From Cirrosporium novae-zelandiae (taxonomy: Eukaryota): a stretch of 64,000 bases of DNA. The translations under genes and the position numbers were made by a program. How positions within the stretch are numbered: position 1 is the stretch's first letter; every line of letters starts with the position of its first letter. The stretch spans positions 1 to 64,000 of the forward strand of contig JAPETS010000054.1 of the NCBI GenBank assembly GCA_026023565.1. The letters run 5' to 3'. Below, piece after piece: positions 50,689 through 63,879 of the stretch. The notes under the pieces were generated by a model that worked only from the letters and a program-made list of their open reading frames with translations, made no database searches and had not been told where the DNA came from.

Positions 50689-53600
50689 TTATGCTGTCCT
50701 TTGACCATATTCCTCAATTACGCTTCGAGGACAGCTATAAGTACCCACCGGACGATACTCCACCTCGTCAAACCCCATCGATCCTGGTCCGCCAAGCTCC
50801 AAGCCCCTCGTCGTGCTCGTCCACCTTGGAGAGGCTGAAATGGCGATGACGATCACCCTGAGCCCGTACTTATATTCAGGGACCCCCAAACCGAAACCGG
50901 TTTCCGCATCCAGCACGGCGATGAGATCGGGGACTGATGCTAGCACTTCTTTGCTTCCGTCCTTGGTCTCGACTTCGGCATATGCGTTCTCGTTCTTGAA
51001 TGGGATGCGGCAGATTGCTTGGTCGGCTGCATGGCTTGGTCTTTTGCCTTCAATTTCGAGAATCCCGTACGTGTGTCCCGTTCTTAGGGTCCGTTCGACC
51101 GAGATGACTTTTCCCTCGAACAGGATCTTGGCACTCTCGTGCCCTCCGACTTGCTCGATAATGCGCTCGGCAATGTCTGAAATGTTCTTTTCCATTTTGA
51201 CGGCCCTGCCGATCCGCCAAGCTAGACTTACGGTATTAACAACGGCTTGCTCTTGAACCTGCTTACCCGACTGTGGCTTCACTGCTTTCCCGGCTCGCGA
51301 TCCCATTTCTACACAGGCGGCACGAAGAGCTTTGTCGGCAAGTTTGTCGGTCTTGGTGCCTGACATTATCATGAATGATCCGTCGCCACTGGCAAGGGCC
51401 GAAGGCATGAGGGCTTCGCCTTTGGGAGAGCCAAAGACGTTGGGGGTAGTTTGCCAGTAGGTGGGGTATGCGCGACCCATATAGTCCTGTCAATTGTATA
51501 TTAGTTATTCATCTGTGTATAATCCTCGTCCTTGAAGAACTTACACCATCAACAACCGGGATCCCGAAATCTGATGCGACGCTAAAGTTGACGAGGCCAT
51601 TTGCTCCACCGATCTCTAGTGCGATCATCGCATCAACTTTCGAGAGATTCATAAATTTCATCAACTCAATCTGAGCGAGCTTTGTTTCATCGCCTTCCAT
51701 TCGTTCTTGGCTGACTTCTGGACTTCCCATGTTTCCCTATCAGATATGTCAGCATCCTTCAAGAGGTTCTCATGTAAAACGTAAGATAATGTAACGTACA
51801 GTCCATCCTACAACAGCCGAGTCTTTCAATCTATAGGGATCAACAATCCTGACACATCCTGGAGAATTCTTCAGGATAGTCTTGGTCTTGAGATATTGGA
51901 TATATGGATCTCCACCGCCCCCACAGCCCAGAATCTTGGCACCGACGGCAATAAAGTCGAGGTCCGTTATCGATATCTTCCATTCGTCGCCTTCGATGTG
52001 GGGTTTATAATCTTGAAAGGATATGTTGTGTGCTACTTTATGAGCTATCCCAGAAGAATTGTTCGTAGATTCGGACGCGTTCCGTGGTTCGGACTCCTCT
52101 TCGACTACGTATCCATCTGCCAAAGTATCATCACTGTTTATCTTGGCGGCGTCCAGTTCACCAATAGCTTTGACAATTATTCTGGCTTGGGACTGAACGT
52201 AAGTCACTGGGAGAATCGTGATTTCCGCAATTTCAACACTGCTCTGCTTCGCACCGTTCTCTATAGCAGTAGATACTGCTATAGCTTGGACCTTCTTCGA
52301 AGCCTCACCCATCGTCGTGTTGGATATATTAATTACCATATCTGCTACGCCTTGTACAGATGAGATGGCAGCACCAACAGCATTGGCGACTTCTCCGCCT
52401 TTGACGGTTCGACATTCCCGGACGCCCTTTAGAGGTGTATCTAGATCAACTATTACAGCACCACCACCAACGATAAGAACATCAATATTCCCACCTTGTA
52501 TTTTGGCGCGATCTATTAGCTCCTCCAGCATCTCCTTTATGCATTTCTTTGCACCTTCAATAATGGCAGGAGGCAAGTTAGCAACGAGTAACGGGTTTCC
52601 AATACTCAGGGTGTCGAGTTTAGATGACCCTTGTGCAGTGGCAACTGCAATATCACTAGATGTGAGAATATCACCACCAAAAACCTTGGCCTTCTTCCGG
52701 ATCTCAAATCCGACACTCTCGGGGCCAACAACAACACTACCATCGTCAGAGGTCTGAACAATGCTACCGCCACCAAGACCAATGGATTCAACAGCAGGTA
52801 ACCCAAAGTTGGTTCGAACACCAGCAATGTTGCTCATCACTGAACTCATACGGGGAAGACCATTTGGGAGGAGAAGGCCAGCATCAGAGGTCGTACCTCC
52901 GATGTCAAGAACGATGAGTGCATCCCTGTTCTCGTTCCCAGACTTCAAACCTTTCTGGTCAGCAGATCCCTTTGTCTCTACTAATGCAGCATCCCAAAGA
53001 AAGGCACCCCCTCTGATAGAATTCGTAGGCCCTGAATTGAAAGTTCTGATGGGTACTTTCATGGCATCCTTTGCCGTCAACACGCTTCCATCATTCTGTG
53101 TCAAGTATAAGGCGCAAGGATATCCGGCAAAGATATCTTTTATGGCTTGCTGAAACCCATATATTGTCTTTTCGGCCAATGGACGTAAACTTGCATTGAG
53201 AATGGAAGCATTTTCCCGAGCCAAAAAACCTAGCGATGAAATGGTATGTGATAATGTAATCCGAACGGAATGACCAACTGTGGATAATCTTTGTTCAAGT
53301 AACTTTGCAACATGTTTCTCCTGGCTCGAATCGACAGGGGCATAGATTCCAGAGATAACCACATCTTTAATGTCATTTTCCGCTATGCTTTGGGAAACCT
53401 TGATAATCTCTTCTTCATCTACAGGAGTTATCTCGGAACCGTCAATTTGAAAACCGCCTTGACAGAAGAACGATTTACTCTCCAGGTGAGCCCGCAGATC
53501 CAATGGGAAATCAACATAGGGAGGACAGCTACTGCCAAAGCTTCTGCCGCCGGAAAGTCTCACTACTGCGACTCTGCGAAGATGCTTCGAGCGCTGTACA

Positions 53601-53893
53601 ATGGCATTTACGAAGTGGGTTGTGCCAATGATGACACATTCGATGCTCTCAAGGGGGACTTGACTGTTTGTTATAACCTCTCGGATGGCATTTGTAATTC
53701 CTGTTGTGACGTCTGGCGTTGTGGGGGTTTTGTGGGATGCTATGACCTTGATGGGATCGAGTGATAGGAGTGCCGCATCGGTGTTTGTACCTAGATAGGG
53801 ATGAGATGTTATGAAGCATTGCAGTAGGATTAAAGGCCACTTACCACCGACATCAACGCCAATGCGATGACGAACAAAGTTCTGGGCAGTCAT
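50689..53893 (-). CDS. Hydantoinase/oxoprolinase A-domain plus DUF917 fusion protein; 4 exons
   Basis: IGVDVGG/TNTDA, IGTTHFVNA, RENASILNASL, SGPTNSIRG, LDIGGTTSD and SIGLGGGSIV, followed by DUF917 motifs GAKILGCGGGGDPY, MGSPEV..E, EIGGANG, D.D.MGRAYP, FKNEN, ASVPDLI and PEYKYG. Confidence 0.92.
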
Positions 53894-54563
53894 TGTGGGA
53901 GTTGTCTTGTCCGGTTGCCTCAATGATCCAGCCCAAATGTTCTTAAGACCCAGATCCTTGAATGTCCCCAAATCCTCGATTCTCTTCCTGCTTTTGACGG
54001 GTATGGAGATCACAGTTCTATAATCAAACAAGAAAGCCTGAGCCTATAATGCTTATCTATAAGTTGAACAACAGCGTTGTGGTTGCGCAGATAGTTATAT
54101 ATCCTATAATTCTTTCACTTAGGTTTAATCCACTTTTGCTCAACTTTTATTCCTCGTGCCCACATATTATTGAAAATTTTTATAGCAAAGATAGTTAATA
54201 GAGCCATTCCTCAAAATTTTTATTATTATTCTGCAAGTTGAGTTCGCGGTCCATAGTCGCAATCCAGGCTCCCCACGTAGGCCGATCTCGCATCAATTGG
54301 TCGCTGATAAGGAGTTTATCTTGCAAGAAAAGTGGGCTCAAGGTACCAAGGTCCGAAAGGAAGTACTCCTGTAAAACCATTATTCATAGATGTTTTATGT
54401 CATAAGCCCTTAAAGATTAGCGTATATTAGGAAATAAAACGAAGTGGGAGACACTTTATTGATGAGTTGAAGAGATCAAGAACAAAAGCATGGGATAGAT
54501 TACGAACTGTAAACATTGTGTTAATTACAGAGTACCTACCAGCTATCGATACCAAGTTACATA

Positions 54564-54576
54564 CACGTGACGTCAT
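54564..54576. promoter_or_regulatory. Overlapping Cbf1-type E-box (CACGTGA) and bZIP palindrome (GTGACGTCAT) in the divergent promoter
   Basis: CACGTGACGTCAT read directly; binding factors are inferred from known consensus sequences. Confidence 0.4.
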
Positions 54577-55699
54577 ATGACCTAGATCACATGACAATTT
54601 ATTTAATTAGAAATAGCTCGCACCTTAAATTCTAGACTAGCCCTCAGCATTATTATCTTTTCACACAGAGCTGACCTCATTTGAACTTGCACCTGAAATA
54701 CTGTCCTTCTGTGTTGTCCTACCTGGCAGGATTATAGCACGGCCGCCAATTCTGCAACCTTCTTCAATAACGACAAGCTTTCCTTGATTCAGTAATCTTT
54801 TTCCTACCTACCTTTTCATATCTATAAGCCTCTTAGTTTTGTTTATACAGTTCGAGTTCTCACGACGCGAGGAGTTAGGGCCGGAGCTCTAGCGGCGATG
54901 ATTGTAGGAGAAGGATTGCTAACGGTGAGTCGTGAGAACCAAATTTCTTAGAGGTTTCCTCTCTAAGTGCCGATTTCTCAAACCCAGGTTCCAATGAATC
55001 AATTCTTAGCCATAGATGAAGCCCCCAATAGCAAATATAAAAAACACAGAAGCGAATAGCCCAATCTTATCGATGGGGCAATAGGATTACTAGATCAGGA
55101 CTCCGAAATAAAAAATATTCGATAGGCTAAGGGACAAGGTATCACTCTCCATGATTGATACTGGGAGTACAGAACAGTCAAAAGGCTAAAGAGCCAATTA
55201 TTCAATGTATCGATAAGATCGGACTTCCTGGGAGAATGAACCGTATTCTTGATATCAGGTGTGACAATTGTAGGCGGGAGAGTAAGAAAGGTCTTGCAGG
55301 GCAATAGTTTCAAGTATTCCCGTTCATGTTTCACAGCTGCCCGTTCATATTATACAGAATGTAATAAAGGTGACATAATGTTTGCTGATGTTAGAGGTGG
55401 ATGGGGTGTGGTTGAACTTATCCCGATCCCGGCGTCGGGCTATCGGGCTGTCGGCATCACTAAAGTTTTCGGATTTGTCCGAACTTGGGTTTGAAATTGT
55501 TGGAAAATCAGAATGAAATTGAACAACGATAACGCATCATACTAACCCCACCTAATAAATGGATTATAGGATTAGAGATAAGAACAATATATCTATTAAT
55601 GATCTCAAGCAGCAGCTTTTTGATATCGAAAATCTTTTCTTGACTAATAACTTCCGTTGGAAAAGTTGATTTACACTAGGAACAAATTCTCAACTCATC

Positions 55700-56906
55700 A
55701 TGGCCCTTGAGGACAATCAAGATAATCTACCCATTGTGGATTTCACTAACTGGAGAGCAAATTCTTCACCAGAGCAGCGTCGGTCGGTTGCAGATGGCTT
55801 AGTTGCAGCTTGTCGAAACGTTGGGTTTGTCTATATTATCAATCATGGAGTTTCGCCAGAACTCCTCGAGGAAGCCTTTAACTGGTCAAAAAAGCTATTT
55901 GATCTCAGCAAGGAAGATAAAATGAAAGCACCTCATCCAGATGGACCTGTCGTACATCGTGGATACTCTTGGCCAGGTTCGAAAGACTAACACTAGGGAA
56001 TAACAGTACTGATGGTCACAACAGGTCTCGAGAAAGTCTCCCAAGTAATAAGCGAAACCGATGACCAAGAACTTGCCCAAAAGCTGCGCGAAGTTAAGGA
56101 CTGCAAGGTATTTAATTTGAGTTGTCAGAGTTCTCATGGAAGGGTACTTATTAGTTAACAGGAAAGCTATGAGATCGGCAGTGAACAAAACAGTGAACAG
56201 CCCAACGTTTGGCTCCCTGAAGATGTCCTTCCCGGATTTCGGGAGTTTACAACTCGATTTTATTGGGAGTGTTTCGAAGCAGCAAGCTCGATTCTAAAGG
56301 CCCTGGCTCTTGGGCTCGGTCTTGATGATGAAAGCTTCTTCCTCCGATTTCATTCTGGGCATAATAACCAACTTCGCCTACTTCACTATCCTCCAGTTCC
56401 TGCATCATCCATCGAGTCTCACGAAATTGCTAGAATGCCGGCCCATAGTGATTGGGGAAGCATTACAATGCTATTCCAGGACGATTGCGGGGGATTGGAG
56501 GTTGAAAACCATAAGAAGCCCGGAGATTTCGTCAAAGCACCACCCAGGAAAGATGCTTTGGTCATGAATATTGGCGATCTTTTAATGCGATGGAGCAATG
56601 GTACGAGAACCAGAAGATATATCTGGCGATTTGATCGTTAATCTACTCATAGATTATCTCAAATCAACACTGCATCGTGTTACCCTTCCATCGTTGGAAG
56701 ACCGGTTTACTGGAAAGGAACGCATGACCAAGGCCCGTTATTCGATTCCCTACTTTGTATCCCCGGATCCCGAGGCTGTTATCGAATGCCTTGGCACTTG
56801 TAAAGGTGAAAAACAATCAGCTAAGTATGGACCTGTCGTTCAAAGCGAGTACCGCATCATGAGAGCTAGGTTGCAATACCCACAGAAAGTGGCAGCATCA
56901 GCATAA
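55700..56906 (+). CDS. 2-oxoglutarate/Fe(II) dioxygenase, IPNS/thymine-dioxygenase-like; 4 exons
   Basis: LPIVDF, GFVYIINHGV, HRGYS.PG/LEK, LRLLHYPP, HSDWGSITMLFQD (HxD), NIGDLLMRWSN/DYLKSTLHRV, RYSIPYF (RxS). Confidence 0.93.
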
Positions 56907-57872
56907 AATTGTAAACGGTACTTGGAAGCTATACAGAATGTAGTGTTCTTTAGTTCAAGACAAAATCGCAGTTTATTCCATCATCCAAGAAAAGTATCAT
57001 CTCCTGTATGCGAAAGGAAGGAAGGGTGAAGATTTGCCAATTAAAATATATTTTACGCGGCCTTCCGAATTCACGTAGTATAAGATGGACGGTTTAGGGA
57101 ATATTAGACATCGGTAATGCAATTGCAGCCTCGTTTTCCAATACTGGTTGAAGCTGAGTCCAAATACTAGGGAACTCCATGTAATTAGTTGTAGAATCAT
57201 TGCCAAAAGCGAAATGTAAGATAATAATAAATTCATTGATTACCTTTTCAGTATTTACAAACTTAATAATTATTGTACTGTGTAGCATTGGGATATTGTC
57301 CAACCACTCCGTGTACAACTACCATACATATGCAGTAGCCGGCCTGTCTCAAAAGTTGGTATCCCCGCATTATCCCACCAATTAGGGAGGCAGGTACCCG
57401 TTGTCGCATCGCTGGCTTGACCTTGCATTACATACCACATACCACATACTCATCCCCAGTCCAGCGGACCTTACGTACCCAGATAGGTAGTTGAAGTAAT
57501 TCCATAAACACCATATTTAAAATGTTTATCCCATCAAATAACCTATACTTGATATTCTACACAAAGAATAAATATCTTAGATTCCAACTACATGTCATGC
57601 CCGATATCCAGGGTTTCGGATATCCCGAAGATGGAGCGAAATAGTCATCTTGCAAACTGCCATAGCTATGGTCCATCTTCAGGATAAGAAAGGAAGAATT
57701 TTTCTTAAAAAGACCTGAGTGAAGCCTCTCTTCTCCCATGATAGCATTCATGTCAGCCTTACACAGGCTTTGCCGTAATTGTATCACCCAATTCCGCAGT
57801 CATTCTTATTTGTTCAGTCATTTCTTTCCTTTTCCTTTACCCACCACAGCTTTATTATTATTTTTATCGTAA

Positions 57873-59901
57873 ATGGAGCCCCCGACAGGAAGGCTATTTG
57901 CCTTTGCTTTGGTTGTCATATGTGCCCTAAATTTGATCGTATCGATTGATCAGACCTCTCTTGCTATTGCAATACCGGTAAGCAGCTCTAAGATTCTATT
58001 TGCCATTTATTCTCACTCTCCGAAAGTATAGCCTTATACTGATCTCACTTTCATAGACAATTGCTCAAGACTTAGATGCCAAAGACGTCGATATCTATTG
58101 GGCGGGAACGTCCTTCTTGCTTTGCTCCGCTGTCTTCCAACCCGTCATCACAAGCTTCTCGAATGCCTTTGGCCGTAAAGCCATAATCCTTCTAGTTTTG
58201 AGTCTCTTTACTATCGGTTCGGTCATTGCGGCAGTGGCAAACCATGTCAGCATACTTTTACTTGGCCGTTCAATCCAGGGAGTCGGAGGAGGCGGTATCA
58301 TAGCAATGACATATGTCTTGCTATGTGATCTGTTCTCACTCAGAGATAGAGGAAAGGGTATTGGGTTGAATGGCCTTGTATGGATGATCGGCACTATAAC
58401 TGGACCTGTTCTTGGTGGAGGTTTCGCACAACACGCTTCATGGGTCAATTTTAACTCTTTGGTAATGGATACCCTTGGCTGACATGATTGGTAGACTTGG
58501 ATCTTCTGGATCAATCTCCCGTTCTGCATGGTCAGCTATTTAGTAACCTTTTTCCTTTACCGAGGCAGCAAGGTGGTCTCAATGCGATCCGGCATTAAAC
58601 ATATTGATTGGTTGGGTTCATTTCTGCTCGTGGGGTCATTGACAAGCTTCCTCGTCGCAATCTCGTGGGTTAGTGTATTATCTCTTTTCGCCTTTCTCTG
58701 ATTGTATGGACTTTCACTTTCGTTCTCGCCAACATAATGGACCTTGGTCCTTGAAATCGTTCCGCATATTTAAGCCGGGACAAACCCTGTCGGGGGTCCA
58801 ACTGGCGGCGCCCAATAAGAGTATCAACTGTGACGGTGGCAATGATTATTTTCAATTATATTAAATATAGAGGCTGGATCCTAATTATCTTCTAGGGGGG
58901 TATTATATATCCTTGGAATAATTGGGGAACCATTGTGCCACTCGTTATCGGAAGCGGTGGCCTAGTCATATGGGTACTCTATGAGCTGAGAATGGCCAAA
59001 TCCCCCTTAATCCCTCTCAAAATATTTGGGGATCGTACGGCTGGTCCTTCTTTCTTCGGGACCTTTATCCATGGCGCGGTGGTATGTTACCTCTCTGATC
59101 CAAAGACGAATAGGCTAACTAATGTTTCTCTGTCAGCAATTTGGCCTGCTCTACTTCCTCCCACTTTATTACCAGGCCGTTAAATCATTCTCTCCTACTT
59201 TTTCAGGCCTGGCCTTGTTCCCCCAATGCATCCTTTCTGGTCCCACGACAGCTGTGGCGGGAATCGTCATGGCTAGAACCGGCCGCTATCGCACAGTGGT
59301 CTGGGCTGGCTGGATAACTCTTGTTCTTGGTGTGGGGATTCTCCACCTTCTCTCCACGTCAACCACCACACCTCAATGGATCTTCATTAATATAGTCTCT
59401 GGTATTGGTCTTGGCCTTCTCTTCAGCTCAATTCCAATGGCAACCCAAGCAGCAGCCTCAGACGCTGAAATGACTGTCGTTGCGGGGTTAAATCCATTTG
59501 TTAGAACTTTGGGACAGAGTTTTGGAATCGCTATCGGAAATGCAGCGTTCCAAAACGAAATGAGGAAGCAGTTGGCGAAATTTCCCGAGTTGAGGGGGCA
59601 AGCAGATGCGTATGCCAAGAACGCGGCAATGCTAGCAACGATAGTCCAGGACATGTCTTCTGACTCAATCAGGAAGCAACAAATTATAGCCAGCTTTGTA
59701 GAATCTTTAAGGGTGGTTTGGTGGATATTGCTAGGACTAGTGATTGTAGGTGGCCTAGCATCGCTATTCATTGAGCAACTGGCACTAGACAGACCGGATG
59801 GTGAAGTTGTAACTGGGGTGAGCGTTCAAGAAGCGGAGAAGGATGGCGACGAGAGGAAGAGGAGAGGTGATGAGGAGACAAACGTCGAAAGGATTTGCTA
59901 A
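57873..59901 (+). CDS. MFS drug:H+ antiporter DHA2 (14-TMS) efflux pump; 5 exons
   Basis: SIDQTSLAIAIP, W.GTSFLL, S.AFGRK, GRSIQGVGGGG, GPVLGG, WIFWINLP, GG..YPW, LYFLPLYYQAVK, FVRTLGQSFG. Confidence 0.9.
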
Positions 59902-61760
59902 TGGTAAGCTACAATGCCGGGTATTTCATGCAAGTACTAAATTCTTAATGATATCAAGTTCATTAAAGCCGAAAACGGAAAAAGAAAAGACGTTTAAAAA
60001 CCATGTATCCCAATCATTTCTACGTTTTATCTATTAACTCACATAAATCATTCTTTTATCTCACCTAAAAGACTGGATATAATAACCCTCTGCTCTTCAA
60101 CCACGACACAGCATATATTAGAGGGGTTGTGGAGGTGATACAGCATCGCCGATTCCAGAGTCCTGTGAGTCGTCTCTTTCCTAATTATCCCGAAAAACGA
60201 ATCGGCTTCTACCCAAAAAGGTACATTTGGCAGAAGCTGACATATGCCGTTATTCATTGAGCATATTTCGATATTGTAGCCACCAACACGTGCTGGCTTC
60301 TTCCTTGGAATCTGCCCTTGGAATCTTGTCCAGGTTGGCGGTTTCAACTCTAATGAAGTTGTATTTGGCATGCATCGGGCACGTTAGTTTACAGATGGAT
60401 CCATGTCGAATAGACTATCACGACCCTAACTAACTCTTTTATCGAATCAGTTCAGGCGAGTGATCCATCTACCATACCAAAAGGTATCGCACTAACCACT
60501 CAAAGTATGTGTAATGGTAGATGTTCGACATTGGACTTCACAAAGTTTGTATAACATCTCCCCCAGCGGAACACCCTTGAACCTCCATCTTGGGTCCAGA
60601 TCAGACTTGTCTTAGCTTGACGAATTATTGCAAATACTGAGAGGCTTATGGTCTGGTGACATCTACAGCCAGAGTACAAATCCTTTTTTGCAGAATCAGT
60701 GACATATCCAAGGACTCCTAAACAGAAGGCAATCAAATTTATGTGGATCTCATCTGGATGATCTTGTTCAAATTCCATCTCCTTCCATGACCTTCAAGAT
60801 AACCTCGAGATTTGCTTTCGCTGGGGGCTGAAGGGTGCTTTCAGCCCCACAATACTAACTCGGATTTCCCTGGGCTATCGGGCTTGGAAACAGAAATCCG
60901 CAGGATGCATGGCGCATAGTTGAGGTGGCTGCGCAGACGGACGGTTAAAATTTGGTAGCAGCGTTGTTCTTGGCGGGAATTCCAAAGGCTATCTGAGATA
61001 GGAGACCTTCGATTTCTTTCAACTTTCGCTGCCCAAAGGATGTATCACAACAGTACCCTGGCAAGCGAGATGCCAAGAAACATTCCGCTTCCATCCAGAG
61101 GCGATCTTCCTCTTAGCTTGCTTGCTATCCGCTTGGCTTGGACTTGGCACGGCGGAGTGGAGGCTAATTGGCGGAGACAGCGGATGGCTGTCTCGGCTGT
61201 TCAACCTCAATTCCCACTTCCAATACATATGACGCGTTAACTATAACATCACATTTTGGTTTTATGTGATCGGAAGGTCAATCTAGAAAGTTAATGAGGA
61301 AACTTTGGTTTCTAAAGTTCAACAGTCGGGTACTGGGACATGATATCGCCGTCTTGGCTCTATGAAGGAGGGAATCGGAATTGGGGTTGATATGGGGGTT
61401 AAAATGCGGCGAGTCGCACAGAAAAGGAAGTCTAGATGCTCCAAGCTGAAGAAGCTGATGTTATCATACTGGTCAAATATGTGAGTATACCACGCGTTGA
61501 AGTGAATACCACAAAAATTTTGTACTTTGCCAAGAAGACATTGGTTCCCCACAGTGTCACAGCCAAGAATAATCTCTCGATTAAATGGAAAAAAGAAAGA
61601 CAGAGGAAATCTATTTGAAGGCTTGTTAGACTGGAATTATTTCTCTGATATTTTAAAAATTCATTATCTCCAAAACTGTGGAAGTAAAGACTCACGAAAG
61701 CCTTGGTGTTGATAAATTTCCTCAATTGGAGAGTTTGACCGAGTTGACCCGGAAGCGATC

Positions 61761-62980
61761 ATGCATTCAACCAATCAGAGAACCAAAAATCCCACCAATA
61801 CCCGCACTCCCAGCCCCGATGCCGACCTTGAGGCCTCTTACCATACCAACTCTCATTGTGGCAACAATAATGAAGATACCATTCAGTCTTCTAAGGGAGG
61901 CCAGTCTCTATATAACAGTTCTGGCATTCCCATTTTAATGGGTTGTCGACCTGACCATGATGACGACCAAGACACCATGGTGACATTGCCTCCCAGCACT
62001 TACAATCCCACGACCGACACCAATTTTAAGGTCAAATTTGAACACGACGGCGATGAGGAGACCCTACCAACCCGTAAATACGGCAATTATTCCGGTTCTA
62101 ATTCCACTTCTGGTGTTGGGACTCCTATCAAACACTCTGGGGCGGAGGCAACTCTTCCACCGTCAGTTCCTCCCAGCTATACTCAAAGGTTCAAAGACCA
62201 TATGAAAGGGGAAGTTACCAGGAAGGGAACTGATATTGTGTTGATCGTATGCTGTTTCTTAAGTGGGTTGATCGACAGTGTTGCGTTCAATGGCTGGGGA
62301 TGTTTTGTGTCTATGCAAAGCGGTATGTTATTACGCAAGGGTATTCCTTTACTGTACACCGAATTAAACATCTTTAAATAGGAAATACGGTCTTTGTGGG
62401 CCTCGGTACCTCTAATCATCCTGACAACGCTTCACAACGCTGGGCGAAAGCCCTCATTTCCATTTTCTGTTTCCTCCTAGGCTCGTTTTTCTTCAGCAGG
62501 TGCTCCAGATACTTTGGCCCTCTTCGGCGTGCCACGTTGGTTTCATCCTTTGTGCTTCAATCTATCATCACGTTTGTTTGTGCTGCCCTCGAAGAAACAG
62601 GAGTGGTACCAAGTGCTACCGATGGTAATGGTGCGAATGCGCCCATTCATTGGATCCAACTACTCCCGATTGGTCTGTTGGCCTTTCAAAGTTCGGGACA
62701 GGTTGTTACCAGTCGACTTCTAGCATTCAATGATATCCCCACAGTTGTGCTAACCACACTTTACTGTGATCTAGTGTCCGATGCTCGGCTTTTTGCCAGC
62801 AACTGGAAAACGAGCGGTCTGCGAAATCGCAGGGTCGCAGCAGTAGTGGCATTATTCGCTGGCGCTGTCGTTGGAGGCTGGATGAGTAAAACGGCGGGTA
62901 TGGGAGGTGCTTTATGGCTTGCTGCTGTTATAAAATTTTCTATCGCAGTGGTATGGGGTTTCTGGGCAGGAGAATGGTAA
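61761..62980 (+). CDS. DUF1275 (YoaK-like) membrane protein; 2 exons, start uncertain (61761 or 61938)
   Basis: CCFLSGLIDSVAFNGWGCFVSMQS/GNTVFVGLG, LLAFQSSGQVVTSR, IPTVVLTTLYCDLVSD, RNRR. Confidence 0.88.
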
Positions 62981-63397
62981 TGGGAGAATATTCTCCTCGG
63001 TTTGATACGAACCAATAACATGGGGCGTTCTAAGCTCCCGCAACGGCCTTTGGGGACTTTGGACTTTGGAGTTGATGGACTTCACGGTCTGGGGTATAGA
63101 CACGTCTTTCACGCATTAGAGGATGAAAACACGAAGTCACGGTCTATCCTATAATTTCTTTTCCATCAGTGATAATGTGTACTGTGGATGTTAAGCTTTA
63201 TCCCAGGACTTTCGGTCACCGACTATCAAGCCTCCTTGGCTACAATTAATTGTTCAGGACTATATTAAAGAATGATATTCACAAATAATGATGAATTGAA
63301 AAATCAATGACAAGTCAAACAAACAATCAGGTGGCATCATAATTACCAAGAATCAAAGAATCAATTACTAATTATTTTGGACGGGATATAGAGACAT

Positions 63398-63437
63398 GTG
63401 TATTTACAGTGTATTTACAGTGTATTTACAGTGTATT
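63398..63437. repeat. 11-bp tandem repeat (GTGTATTTACA)n, about 3.6 copies
   Basis: Read directly. Confidence 0.9.
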
Positions 63438-63879
63438 CGGCCGATACCACCAGTAAGCAACTTCAAGCCGTTCGTTCCACTGCTCCACCACCATGTCCAT
63501 CACCATAATTCAATTCCATATTAGACAACATGAAATACATGACCCTATCAACAAGTAAAATCTGTCGGCCTTTACATCTACCGCTCGTTCCGCCGATTCA
63601 CCGACGACCTGTCTAACATGACAAGCCTAAGGTCCAATTACAGTGCTCAATAGTAGTTATTCTGCTCGTCATGTCCGAGCAAGTTCCCTTGGTAAATTCC
63701 GACTATCCGATTCATGGGGCGGATGACGCCTGATAGTCTTAGATATAGGAAATATAAATATGCCTTGGAAGACTGATGGATGATTTTTGTTTTATTAACT
63801 TATTAAAACATTAACATTATCCCACTCAGATTATAGGTCTCGACCAATCATTCAACACTCAACCGAAGGAAAACCAACC

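Noticed and set aside
54849..54930. Exon-like segment (CAG...GTGAGT) encoding RVLTTRGVRAGALAAMIVGEGLLT
   Set aside because: Too short, with no joinable neighbouring exons; could be chance.
60048..60778. 107-aa and 92-aa minus-strand ORFs
   Set aside because: No recognisable domain and no convincing exon chain.
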